In this document: piece by piece, positions 41,882 to 49,265 of the stretch | How the letters are laid out: every line of letters begins with the position of its first letter | Numbering within the stretch: the stretch's first letter is position 1 | Assembly (NCBI GenBank): GCA_049699715.1 | Contig: JBNAVB010000001.1 | Span: forward strand, 808 to 64,807 | DNA from: Candidatus Pacearchaeota archaeon | GTDB taxonomy: Archaea; Nanobdellota; Nanobdellia; Pacearchaeales; UBA284 | DNA length: 64,000 nucleotides | Reading direction: 5' to 3' | The notes under the pieces: generated by a model | Seen by the model: the letters and a program-made list of their open reading frames with translations, nothing else | Told to the model about the DNA's origin: nothing | The model's database searches: none | Translations under genes and position numbers: made by a program

Positions 41882-42517
41882 TTATTTCTTTTTCTCTTTA
41901 CCATTTAAACAATCTCTTATATTATAAAATTTGTTTTTGACTTTCGTGTTATGCCTCGGGTCTTTATTCCAATATTTAAGAACATAAATTGCAGAATCTG
42001 GGGCTTCAATTTTTTTCTGGTTCATGTGGTGTCTTAAAAAAAAAGCGGCATACTTATGCTGATAGTCTGGGTTCAATAACAATCTGTGTCCTTTGAGATT
42101 GTTAACTGTATTGGCAGTAGAATCATGTTTTTTTATTTGCTCTTCAAGCCATCTGTGGTTAGTTTCATTTATAGAATAATAACCCCAAGAAAATTTTTTT
42201 AAATTTCTGTCAGTCACCATATTCTCGACTCCGGTTTCAATGATAGCCAATGAAAGTAGCAATTCCTGCGGTACCTTATACTCTTTGCTTGCGATATAAG
42301 AACCTTTAGCAAAAGAATAAGCTTCATTATAGTCTAAAGTATCGCCCCAGTATGCTTTATGTTCTGTCTGGATAATCTTTACAAATTTGCTTAAATATTC
42401 TTCAAGTTTTTCTCGCTCCTTTTTCTTTGCTTGCCATTCAAGGAAAGCAGGGATCCCTTTAAGAGCAGCCACTGAAGCCAAACATCCTAACAGTATCCAT
42501 CTTCCTATTTTGGGCAT
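41882..42517 (-). CDS. Membrane-anchored lytic transglycosylase (SLT/lysozyme-like) domain protein
   Basis: ASKEYKVPQELLLSLAIIETG...SWGYYSIN...LLNPDYQHKYAAFFL...VLKYWN...KV; N-terminal TM. Confidence 0.65.
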   Translation of the reverse strand: MPKIGRWILLGCLASVAALKGIPAFLEWQAKKKEREKLEEYLSKFVKIIQTEHKAYWGDTLDYNEAYSFAKGSYIASKEYKVPQELLLSLAIIETGVENMVTDRNLKKFSWGYYSINETNHRWLEEQIKKHDSTANTVNNLKGHRLLLNPDYQHKYAAFFLRHHMNQKKIEAPDSAIYVLKYWNKDPRHNTKVKNKFYNIRDCLNGKEKKK

Positions 42518-42643
42518 TTTTTTGTATTTGATATCGTTAATTTTGTTACCATCAAAAAATAACACTTATTTATAAATCTTTGCTTTAGTAAACGCCTTAG
42601 AAAACAGAATTAGATTTATAAGATAAAGCCGCTTGCTCAATAT

Positions 42644-45103
42644 ATGCTTACATTAAATTTTATTCCAGTAGACTATGATTACTTTGATTGGCAGTCTCGC
42701 AATTACGTGAAAATAATCGGCCGCGATGATAAAGGCAGACGAATATGCCTTGTGGACAGCTTCGAGCCCTATTTATGGGCAATCTTCAAGCAAGGCACGA
42801 GCGAGAAAAAAATAAAAGAAATCCAGCAAAAGATAGAAAAAATAAAAATCGAGCAGCCAAGCCGTAAAACTGCAGTAGAAAAAACCCAAGTCCTCGAGAA
42901 AAAATTTCTTGGAAAGCCAGTCAAAGCTCTCAAGATATTCATAACCAACTATAAGGATGCTCACCTAGTCGCAGACAAAATAGACTTTCTAGAAATCGAA
43001 GCCCGCAGAGAGTACGATTTGAACCTAATTACAAAATATATAATTGACAAGAAACTCGCGCCTTTGACTTGGCATAAAATTTCAGGAGATTTAATCGATT
43101 CTTCTGATTTTGGGGGCTTATCAAACTTGATAGATGTTGATGTTTGTATTAAAGTAGAGAAAATAGAAAAGATTGAGCCAGAGTTAAAGTTTGAGCCAAA
43201 GATTATGGCTTACGATATAGAGGCGGATGAATTCGAGATTGGCCGTGGCGAGATTCTGATGATTTCTCTTGTTGGAAAAAACTTCAAGAGAGTTCTGACG
43301 TGGAAGCGCGTTCCTCGAGCTCCTGATTTCGTTGAATTCTGTAAAAACGAAGCCGAGATGATTGAAAAATTTGTAGAGCATATAAAAAAAGAACAGCCAG
43401 ACATCTTAGTGGGCTATTTTTCAGATGGCTTTGACTTGCCTTATCTCCGAGCGCGAGCCGAGAAATTTAAAGTTAAGCTTGCTCTTGGTTTAGATGATTC
43501 CCCGCCAACATTCGCCAGAGGCCGCGTCACTTCTGCGCGAATCAATGGGATAGTTCATGTTGATTTGCTTCGCTTTATTGAAACAATCTACTCGCCATAT
43601 ATGCAGTCCGAAACTTTAAGTTTGGATGAAGTTGCTACCGAGTTTCTTGGCGAGGGCAAAAAGGATTTCAAATTCAAGCATTCCACAAGACTCAAGGAAC
43701 ATGAATGGCTTGATTACTTTGAATATAACTTGCAAGATTCTATACTCACTTACAAGCTAACAGAAAAATTCTGGCCGGACATGCAAGAGTTCTGTAAAAT
43801 TATTCAAGAGCCAGCGTTCGAGATAACCCGTGACGGGATGTCGCAGCTCGTTGAAGGTTACATTTTACATCATCTCTATGAATATGATGAAATCGCTGAA
43901 AAAAGGCCGTTACACGATGAAATCGAGCAGAGAAGGGCTCAGGGCAAGTACGAAGGCGCTTTTGTTTTTCAGCCCACTCCCGGTTTGTATGAGAACATTG
44001 TGATGTTTGATTTTACAAGTATGTATTCTTCTGTAATTGTAACTTACAATCTCTCAAAAGCAACTCTTCTCACGAGCAAAAAAACTGAAAATGAAGCTTA
44101 CAAAGCCGAACTCGAAGAAGGCAAAGTTTATTTTTCGAAAAATCAAGGTTTTTTCCCGTTGATGCTTAAAGATATGGTAGAGAAAAGAAAAAAATACAAA
44201 GAAGAATACAAAAAAGATCCTTCCCCTGTTAGAAGAGCTCGGAGCAATGCTTATAAATTGCTTGCCAACGCCTGCTACGGTTACCAGGGTTTTTTTGGAG
44301 CGAGATATTATTGCAGGGAAGCTGCTGCCGCCACAGCCGCTCTCGCAAGAAAAGCAATTCTCACAACAATTGACAAGATAAAAAACGCAGATTATCAAGT
44401 TATTTATTCTGACACAGATTCTATCGCGTTTTTGTTAGGAAAACACAAAAAATCCGAGGCTCTCGAATTCCTGAAAAAACTCAATTCCGAGCTACCGGGA
44501 ATAATGGAGATGGAACTCGAAGATTTCTATGCTCGAGGAATATGGGTTACAAAGAGGACAGGCGAGTTCGGCGCAAAGAAAAAATATGCCTTGATAACAG
44601 AAGAAGGCAAATTAAAAGTCAGGGGCTTTGAAACTGTTAGGCGAGACTGGTGCAATTTGGCTCGAGAGTTACAAAACCAAGTTCTTTTGAGAATCTTGAA
44701 AGAAGGTAATGAAAAAAGTGCTCTCGAACATACAAAAGAAATAATCAAAAGGCTTAAAGAAAGGAAAGTCAGCAAAGAAGACATAATTATTAGAACTCAA
44801 CTTAAGAAGCCAATTTCAGAGTATAAATCCATCACTCCCCATGTCATTGCAGCCAAAAAAATGGAAGAAGCCAACATTCCTGTGGACGCAGGCATGCTTA
44901 TAAGTTATTTCATCGCTGAAACCCGCGACACCAAGAAACTTGTTCGTGAGAAAGTCAAGCTTCCAGATGAAAAAGGAGAGTATAACATCAAATATTATCT
45001 GGAACATCAAATAATTCCGGCAGTCGAGAACATCTTTGAGGTTTTTGGCATCAAGAAAGGCGAGTTGTTAGGAAAACAACAGAAAAAGCTGATGGAATTT
45101 TGA
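42644..45103 (+). CDS. polB: Family B DNA polymerase with 3'-5' exonuclease domain
   Basis: YDIE, FDLPYL, DFTSMY, KLLANACYGY, YSDTDS, KKKY; C-terminal PIP box QKKLMEF. Confidence 0.96.
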   Translation: MLTLNFIPVDYDYFDWQSRNYVKIIGRDDKGRRICLVDSFEPYLWAIFKQGTSEKKIKEIQQKIEKIKIEQPSRKTAVEKTQVLEKKFLGKPVKALKIFITNYKDAHLVADKIDFLEIEARREYDLNLITKYIIDKKLAPLTWHKISGDLIDSSDFGGLSNLIDVDVCIKVEKIEKIEPELKFEPKIMAYDIEADEFEIGRGEILMISLVGKNFKRVLTWKRVPRAPDFVEFCKNEAEMIEKFVEHIKKEQPDILVGYFSDGFDLPYLRARAEKFKVKLALGLDDSPPTFARGRVTSARINGIVHVDLLRFIETIYSPYMQSETLSLDEVATEFLGEGKKDFKFKHSTRLKEHEWLDYFEYNLQDSILTYKLTEKFWPDMQEFCKIIQEPAFEITRDGMSQLVEGYILHHLYEYDEIAEKRPLHDEIEQRRAQGKYEGAFVFQPTPGLYENIVMFDFTSMYSSVIVTYNLSKATLLTSKKTENEAYKAELEEGKVYFSKNQGFFPLMLKDMVEKRKKYKEEYKKDPSPVRRARSNAYKLLANACYGYQGFFGARYYCREAAAATAALARKAILTTIDKIKNADYQVIYSDTDSIAFLLGKHKKSEALEFLKKLNSELPGIMEMELEDFYARGIWVTKRTGEFGAKKKYALITEEGKLKVRGFETVRRDWCNLARELQNQVLLRILKEGNEKSALEHTKEIIKRLKERKVSKEDIIIRTQLKKPISEYKSITPHVIAAKKMEEANIPVDAGMLISYFIAETRDTKKLVREKVKLPDEKGEYNIKYYLEHQIIPAVENIFEVFGIKKGELLGKQQKKLMEF

Positions 45104-45113
45104 ATTCTAATAA

Positions 45114-45788
45114 TCAAAACTCACCGAGCTTTTTCTGTCCTTTTTTGCCTTCTTGATTCTTCCAAGTTTGCCATGATTTTCTGATGAGGCCAATCTTTGC
45201 AAGTTCTTTGGCCTTAGGGGTTTTCAAAAACTTAACACACAAGGGGTCAGAAGGATAGCCACTTCCGCACTCAATGTCATATTCGCGCCTTATCTTTTCC
45301 ATTTCCGAGTCTCGCGTAACTTTTGCCAAGATACTCGCTGCAGAGCAGACCGGATGATGGACATCAGCTTTATGCTCGCATTTCAAAACAATTTTATCTA
45401 TATTGTTCACATGAGACAAAACATAATTTCGCCATGCCATTACATTATTTGAAGGGCAATCTATAATAACTTCCGCTTGAGTGATATTTTTTATCAAAAT
45501 ATTTATGATTTCTGCTGATTTGAGCGCTTCAATCTTGTTCAAGTTGATCTTCTGCTCAAGCATTGAATCAATCTCACTTGCCGTTGTTTTTAAAATCACA
45601 TACGCATTAGCAATTTTCTTGATTTCTCTGGCAAGAAATTCTCGATGCTGTGGTGAAAGCATCTTAGAATCCTTAACTTTGATAAGCTTTAACTTGGCTT
45701 CCTGTTTCTCGTCAACGAGAATACCTGCTAAAACCATTGGCCCTATAACTGGGCCCCTGCCAGCATCATCTATCCCGATTTTAAACAT
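45114..45788 (-). CDS. rnhB: Ribonuclease HII
   Basis: GIDDAGRGPVIGP, DSK, SAASILAKVTRD, GSGYPSD; start at ATG 45788 with SD GAGGT. Confidence 0.96.
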   Translation of the reverse strand: MFKIGIDDAGRGPVIGPMVLAGILVDEKQEAKLKLIKVKDSKMLSPQHREFLAREIKKIANAYVILKTTASEIDSMLEQKINLNKIEALKSAEIINILIKNITQAEVIIDCPSNNVMAWRNYVLSHVNNIDKIVLKCEHKADVHHPVCSAASILAKVTRDSEMEKIRREYDIECGSGYPSDPLCVKFLKTPKAKELAKIGLIRKSWQTWKNQEGKKGQKKLGEF

Positions 45789-45815
45789 CGTAGTTACCTC
45801 TTTATCTAAAAAGAG

Positions 45816-45944
45816 TAGCGGGGGCGGGATTTGAACCACGCGACCTCAAGGTTATGGGCCCTTCGCTTTTGTTTTAAAACAAAATTGCGAGCTAACCAGG
45901 CTGCTTTGGGCAACACTTATTGTTTTTAGTGTTTCCACCCCGCT
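45816..45944 (-). tRNA. Initiator-type tRNA-Met(CAT) with two non-canonical introns: 10/11 (45906-45934) and 29/30 (45861-45884)
   Basis: Spliced form AGCGGGGTGG-AGCAGCCTGGTTAGCTCGCAA-GGCCCATAACCTTGAGGTCGCGTGGTTCAAATCCCGCCCCCGCTA; A1:U72; BHB-like helices GGGT/GCCC and TCGC/GCGA. Confidence 0.85.
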
Positions 45945-46012
45945 ATACCTGGAAAAACCATAAAGGTCTATCCCCGCAATAGTTTATCGAAGATAATCCT
46001 TATAAAGTTTTC

Positions 46013-46645
46013 TTATAAGAACTTTTCTGCACGTCGTTTATATAACTCATTCGAACTGCCCACTACATCAAACCATTTTTTCAATTCTTTTTTACCACTT
46101 ATTCTAATTTTTAATTTGCCTTTTTCTAATCGCTGAATTCTATAAGAAAAATTGTTTTCTTTTAAGATATCTATAATTTGTTTCTGCGCTGGGCAAGGAG
46201 ACATTCTAATTTCTATTCTAGGATAAAGAATCCCATTATTTCTAAATATAGTCACAGAACCATCAGTATCAAATAAGCCTCTTAAAACTAACAAAGCCAG
46301 TCTTCCTTTAACATAGTCTTTAGGAATTTCCATTCTGTTCCATTTTGGAGATTTTTTAAGTCCAAGGACATTTATAGCATAAAGTACCTTATCTTTTCTG
46401 AAAATTCTTATATCTGTAGCATTTTCACTTTTTTTGAAATGCACTTTTGGAGGGAGTCCCATTACTTCTTTCATTAAATTAAAAACATGGCCAATATATT
46501 GCTTATTTCTAGAATCGAGGGTAACTTTCAATTGGTGTAATTTTTTACTTTTATTTTCTTGTTTAAAATCATAAATACCTATACTTCCGTCTCCCAACAT
46601 TACTCCTATGAATTCGGCGATTTTCTCCTCTTTTAATTTTGCCAT
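46013..46645 (-). CDS. Free-standing LAGLIDADG homing endonuclease-like protein
   Basis: Two motifs, IAEFIGVMLGDG and VLRGLFDTDG; AT-rich; no intein splicing motifs. Confidence 0.88.
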   Translation of the reverse strand: MAKLKEEKIAEFIGVMLGDGSIGIYDFKQENKSKKLHQLKVTLDSRNKQYIGHVFNLMKEVMGLPPKVHFKKSENATDIRIFRKDKVLYAINVLGLKKSPKWNRMEIPKDYVKGRLALLVLRGLFDTDGSVTIFRNNGILYPRIEIRMSPCPAQKQIIDILKENNFSYRIQRLEKGKLKIRISGKKELKKWFDVVGSSNELYKRRAEKFL

Positions 46646-46656
46646 CTTATAAAAAA

Positions 46657-46731
46657 TGGGGCTGCCCGGATTTGAACCGGGGCCGCGAGTGCCCTAGACT
46701 CGTATACTAGACCAAGCTATACTACAGCCCC
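46657..46731 (-). tRNA. tRNA-Pro(AGG)
   Basis: GGGGCTG/CAGCCCC-A acceptor; anticodon arm CGAGT-CT-AGG-GC-ACTCG; T arm CCCGG-TTCAAAT-CCGGG. Confidence 0.92.
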
Positions 46732-46769
46732 ATAATAAATCTTAAATATATAGCTTTATTAAGATTTTC

Positions 46770-47006
46770 ATGTCAGGAAAAGGTGAGGGCAAGTATGAAT
46801 TAAAAGGAGCAAAAGTCTATTTACATGAGCAAGGCAAATCACGAGCCAGAATAACTCATATAGATATAGAGCATCCTAAAATTGCTGAAATTATCAAGGA
46901 AGGCGAGGCAACGTATTGCGCTGGCAAATCAGGAGGTTGTTTTATTGGACTAAAGCGAGAAATGCTTGAAAGAGCCGGGAAATTAATTAAAAAAAGCGAG
47001 AATTAA
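46770..47006 (+). CDS. Small hypothetical protein
   Basis: 78-aa ORF divergent from tRNA-Pro. Confidence 0.65.
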   Translation: MSGKGEGKYELKGAKVYLHEQGKSRARITHIDIEHPKIAEIIKEGEATYCAGKSGGCFIGLKREMLERAGKLIKKSEN

Positions 47007-47007
47007 A

Positions 47008-47050
47008 GTGACGTCCTCTTCGGGCTAAACGAAGTTTCCAATAGGACAAC
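47008..47050 (-). mobile_element. Possible IS200/IS605-family right-end remnant
   Basis: Minus strand GGAAACTTCGTTTAGCCCGAAGAGGACGTCAC: subterminal hairpin plus GAGGAYGTCAC terminus. Confidence 0.4.
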
Positions 47051-47116
47051 ATCAGCATCATCATATTAAAATATCAGAGAAATTAAACAAAGAAATTAAA
47101 TTTTCTTTGCATAAAA

Positions 47117-47431
47117 ATGAGTTTAACTAAGAGAGTAGAAGAATTTTTTGAAATAAGTGCTAATATCAACTTTGGTTCTGTGTTTCCCTATCTTGGTTCT
47201 GCTACTTTTTCTTTTTATAATATTCTTGATGGAAGCAATAGCAACGACTGGCTCCTGAACGGTGCAGCCACAGCCTCATTAATAATCGGCTTTTGTATTT
47301 CCGGGATTAGTTACTCGATTTATAAAAGCATAGAATCAAGGCCCGAAGAACTTGAAGAAATAGAAGGGGCTACAAACAACAGATTAATCAAGAATGTAAT
47401 AAACTATTATAAAAGAACCAACAAGAAATAA
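47117..47431 (+). CDS. Hypothetical membrane protein
   Basis: 104-aa ORF with hydrophobic segments. Confidence 0.6.
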   Translation: MSLTKRVEEFFEISANINFGSVFPYLGSATFSFYNILDGSNSNDWLLNGAATASLIIGFCISGISYSIYKSIESRPEELEEIEGATNNRLIKNVINYYKRTNKK

Positions 47432-47463
47432 ATTTAAAAGTTCTTGATTCTTCATAAATTTAA

Positions 47464-47587
47464 GCCGCGATGGCCCAATGGTAAGGCGCAGGTTTGCTAA
47501 AGAATCTTTTTAGAAAAAAGATTCTATCAAAAAATGCAAACAACCTGTTTCCGAAAGGATATCTGGGTTCAATTCCCAGTCGCGGCG
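47464..47587 (+). tRNA. tRNA-Ser(GCT) with a 42-nt intron at 37/38 (47500-47541)
   Basis: GCCGCGA/TCGCGGC-G acceptor, long variable arm, TTGC/GCAA central helix with 3-nt bulges. Confidence 0.92.
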
Positions 47588-47650
47588 TTTTTTTTTATTC
47601 TTCTCGCATATTCTCGCAACCTTTTTAAAGCAAGACTTTCTTACACTTTA

Positions 47651-48598
47651 ATGCCGCGAAAAAAGAAAACTGAAGAAACCAAAATAGAAGAAAAAATCGA
47701 AGAAGTAATAGAAAAACCAGAAGAAGTCAGGGAAGTAGTGGAAGATAAACCAAAGAAAGAGAAGGAAGAAGTTGGAGAGAAGGAAGGAGAGAAAATAAAA
47801 GAAAAAGAAGTCCTGCTCGTGCCTCTTGAAGAGTATATCAAGGCAGCTGTTCATCTTGGAACTAGGGCGATAACTCCCGACATGAGGCAGTATGTCTACA
47901 GAAGAAAGGCCGATGGGATAGCAGTCCTTAACACAAAAAAGATTGATGAGAAAATAGCTGTCGCTGCCAAATTCCTCGCGCAGTTCGAACCGAAAGACAT
48001 GCTTGTCTGCTGCAAGCGCGAGGTTGGATGGAAAAGTCTTGAGGCTTTCAAGGAAGCTTTAGGCGACGTGAAGATTTTTATGAGATATCCTGCCGGCATT
48101 ATAACCAACTCAGACTTAGAGAACTTTTTCGAACCCAAAGTTCTGTTTATCGTTGACCCCTGGCTTGACAAAAATGCGTTGCATGATGCTACAAGAATTA
48201 ACATTCCTGTTGTTGCACTATGCGATACCAACAATGTAACCACAAATATCGATATAGTCGTTCCTTGCAACAACAAGGCTCCCAAAAGTATAGGCTTAGT
48301 GCTCTATCTCATAGCGAAGCTTTATCTTGAAAAGAAAGGGATAAAAAAGAAACTTAATCCTCGCGATTTTTATGAGATAGAAGAAAGCGAAGTCAAAGAG
48401 ACAGCAGGCAGAAAAAGGCTGAAAGAAGAGCTTCTCAAGAGAATTCAGCTCGATGAAGAAAAGAAAGAATCAGAGAAAAAAGAAACAAAAGAAAAGAAGG
48501 AAAGAGAAGCCGAGAAAGAAAGCAAAGAGAAAAAGGAAACAGAAGAAGTGGAGAGGGAAGAAAAGGAAGAGAGAAAGAGCGAAGAAACGATGGAATAA
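47651..48598 (+). CDS. rps2: 30S ribosomal protein uS2 with Glu/Lys-rich extensions
   Basis: AAVHLGT, RYPAGIITN, DP..DKNA, IPVVALCDT, PCNNK; start at 47651 because the track start overlaps tRNA-Ser. Confidence 0.95.
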   Translation: MPRKKKTEETKIEEKIEEVIEKPEEVREVVEDKPKKEKEEVGEKEGEKIKEKEVLLVPLEEYIKAAVHLGTRAITPDMRQYVYRRKADGIAVLNTKKIDEKIAVAAKFLAQFEPKDMLVCCKREVGWKSLEAFKEALGDVKIFMRYPAGIITNSDLENFFEPKVLFIVDPWLDKNALHDATRINIPVVALCDTNNVTTNIDIVVPCNNKAPKSIGLVLYLIAKLYLEKKGIKKKLNPRDFYEIEESEVKETAGRKRLKEELLKRIQLDEEKKESEKKETKEKKEREAEKESKEKKETEEVEREEKEERKSEETME

Positions 48599-48653
48599 GC
48601 ACTGCGAGGCGAGGATTTTTAAATTTCTAATTCTTTAGATTATAGATGATTAT

Positions 48654-48725
48654 GCCTCGGTAGCTCAACGGCAGAGCATCTGCTTCGTAAGCAGGCGGTT
48701 GTGGGTTCAAATCCCATCCGAGGCT
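48654..48725 (+). tRNA. tRNA-Thr(CGT)
   Basis: GCCTCGG/CCGAGGC acceptor; TCTGC-TT-CGT-AA-GCAGG anticodon arm. Confidence 0.95.
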
Positions 48726-48729
48726 CTCT

Positions 48730-49248
48730 TTATTTTTTGTTCCCTTTCTGGAAGCTTAGAAAATCAGCAATGCTCTCCTCTTTTTCTTCTAGAACTTTGC
48801 CATTGAAGCAATCCACATGTATCCTCAAGATTTTCAGGCAATCCATAAGGCATGTAACATTCCACAATTGAACATTGTTTATTTTCTGCAGCACAATGAA
48901 TATTTTGCTTATGTTGAATTCTGTCAGGGCTCTCCTTTTAATCTCGCCTTCAATTATTTTCTTCAGCTTTTCAATATCTATCTTTATTTTTTCATCTAGC
49001 GCGCTCAACTCGCTTGTCGGATTGATTTCATCTTCTTTGTATTCAATTTTGCCTTCTTCGCTGACAAGAAAGGTTGCCACCTTAGTCTTGCCGATGATAT
49101 AATCAAGCTGCTGTGTCTCGAGCTCGAGCTTCGAGTTAAGCGCGAAGAAAGCGCTAAATAAGAACGTGTTCTTATGCTTTTCCTTGAATCTTTTGAATTC
49201 CTTGCTGCCTTGCAGAATTTTCAGAGAATTTTGAAATGACATTATCAA
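48730..49248 (-). CDS. Conserved hypothetical protein (PepSY-like C-terminus)
   Basis: WNVT...IHVDCFNGKVLE. Confidence 0.6.
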   Translation of the reverse strand: MIMSFQNSLKILQGSKEFKRFKEKHKNTFLFSAFFALNSKLELETQQLDYIIGKTKVATFLVSEEGKIEYKEDEINPTSELSALDEKIKIDIEKLKKIIEGEIKRRALTEFNISKIFIVLQKINNVQLWNVTCLMDCLKILRIHVDCFNGKVLEEKEESIADFLSFQKGNKK

Positions 49249-49265
49249 TTGTTATGTTATTTATA

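Noticed and set aside
45789..45839. N-terminal extension of RNase HII in the ORF track
   Set aside because: It overlaps the tRNA-Met 3' end; the ATG at 45788 has an SD and matches the family start
47530..47547. Alternative Cys (GCA) anticodon inside the tRNA-Ser intron
   Set aside because: GCAA is simply the strand that pairs with TTGC to form the BHB helix; the long variable arm and G73 indicate Ser
47534..47650. N-terminal extension of uS2 in the ORF track
   Set aside because: It overlaps tRNA-Ser; a TATA box precedes the ATG at 47651
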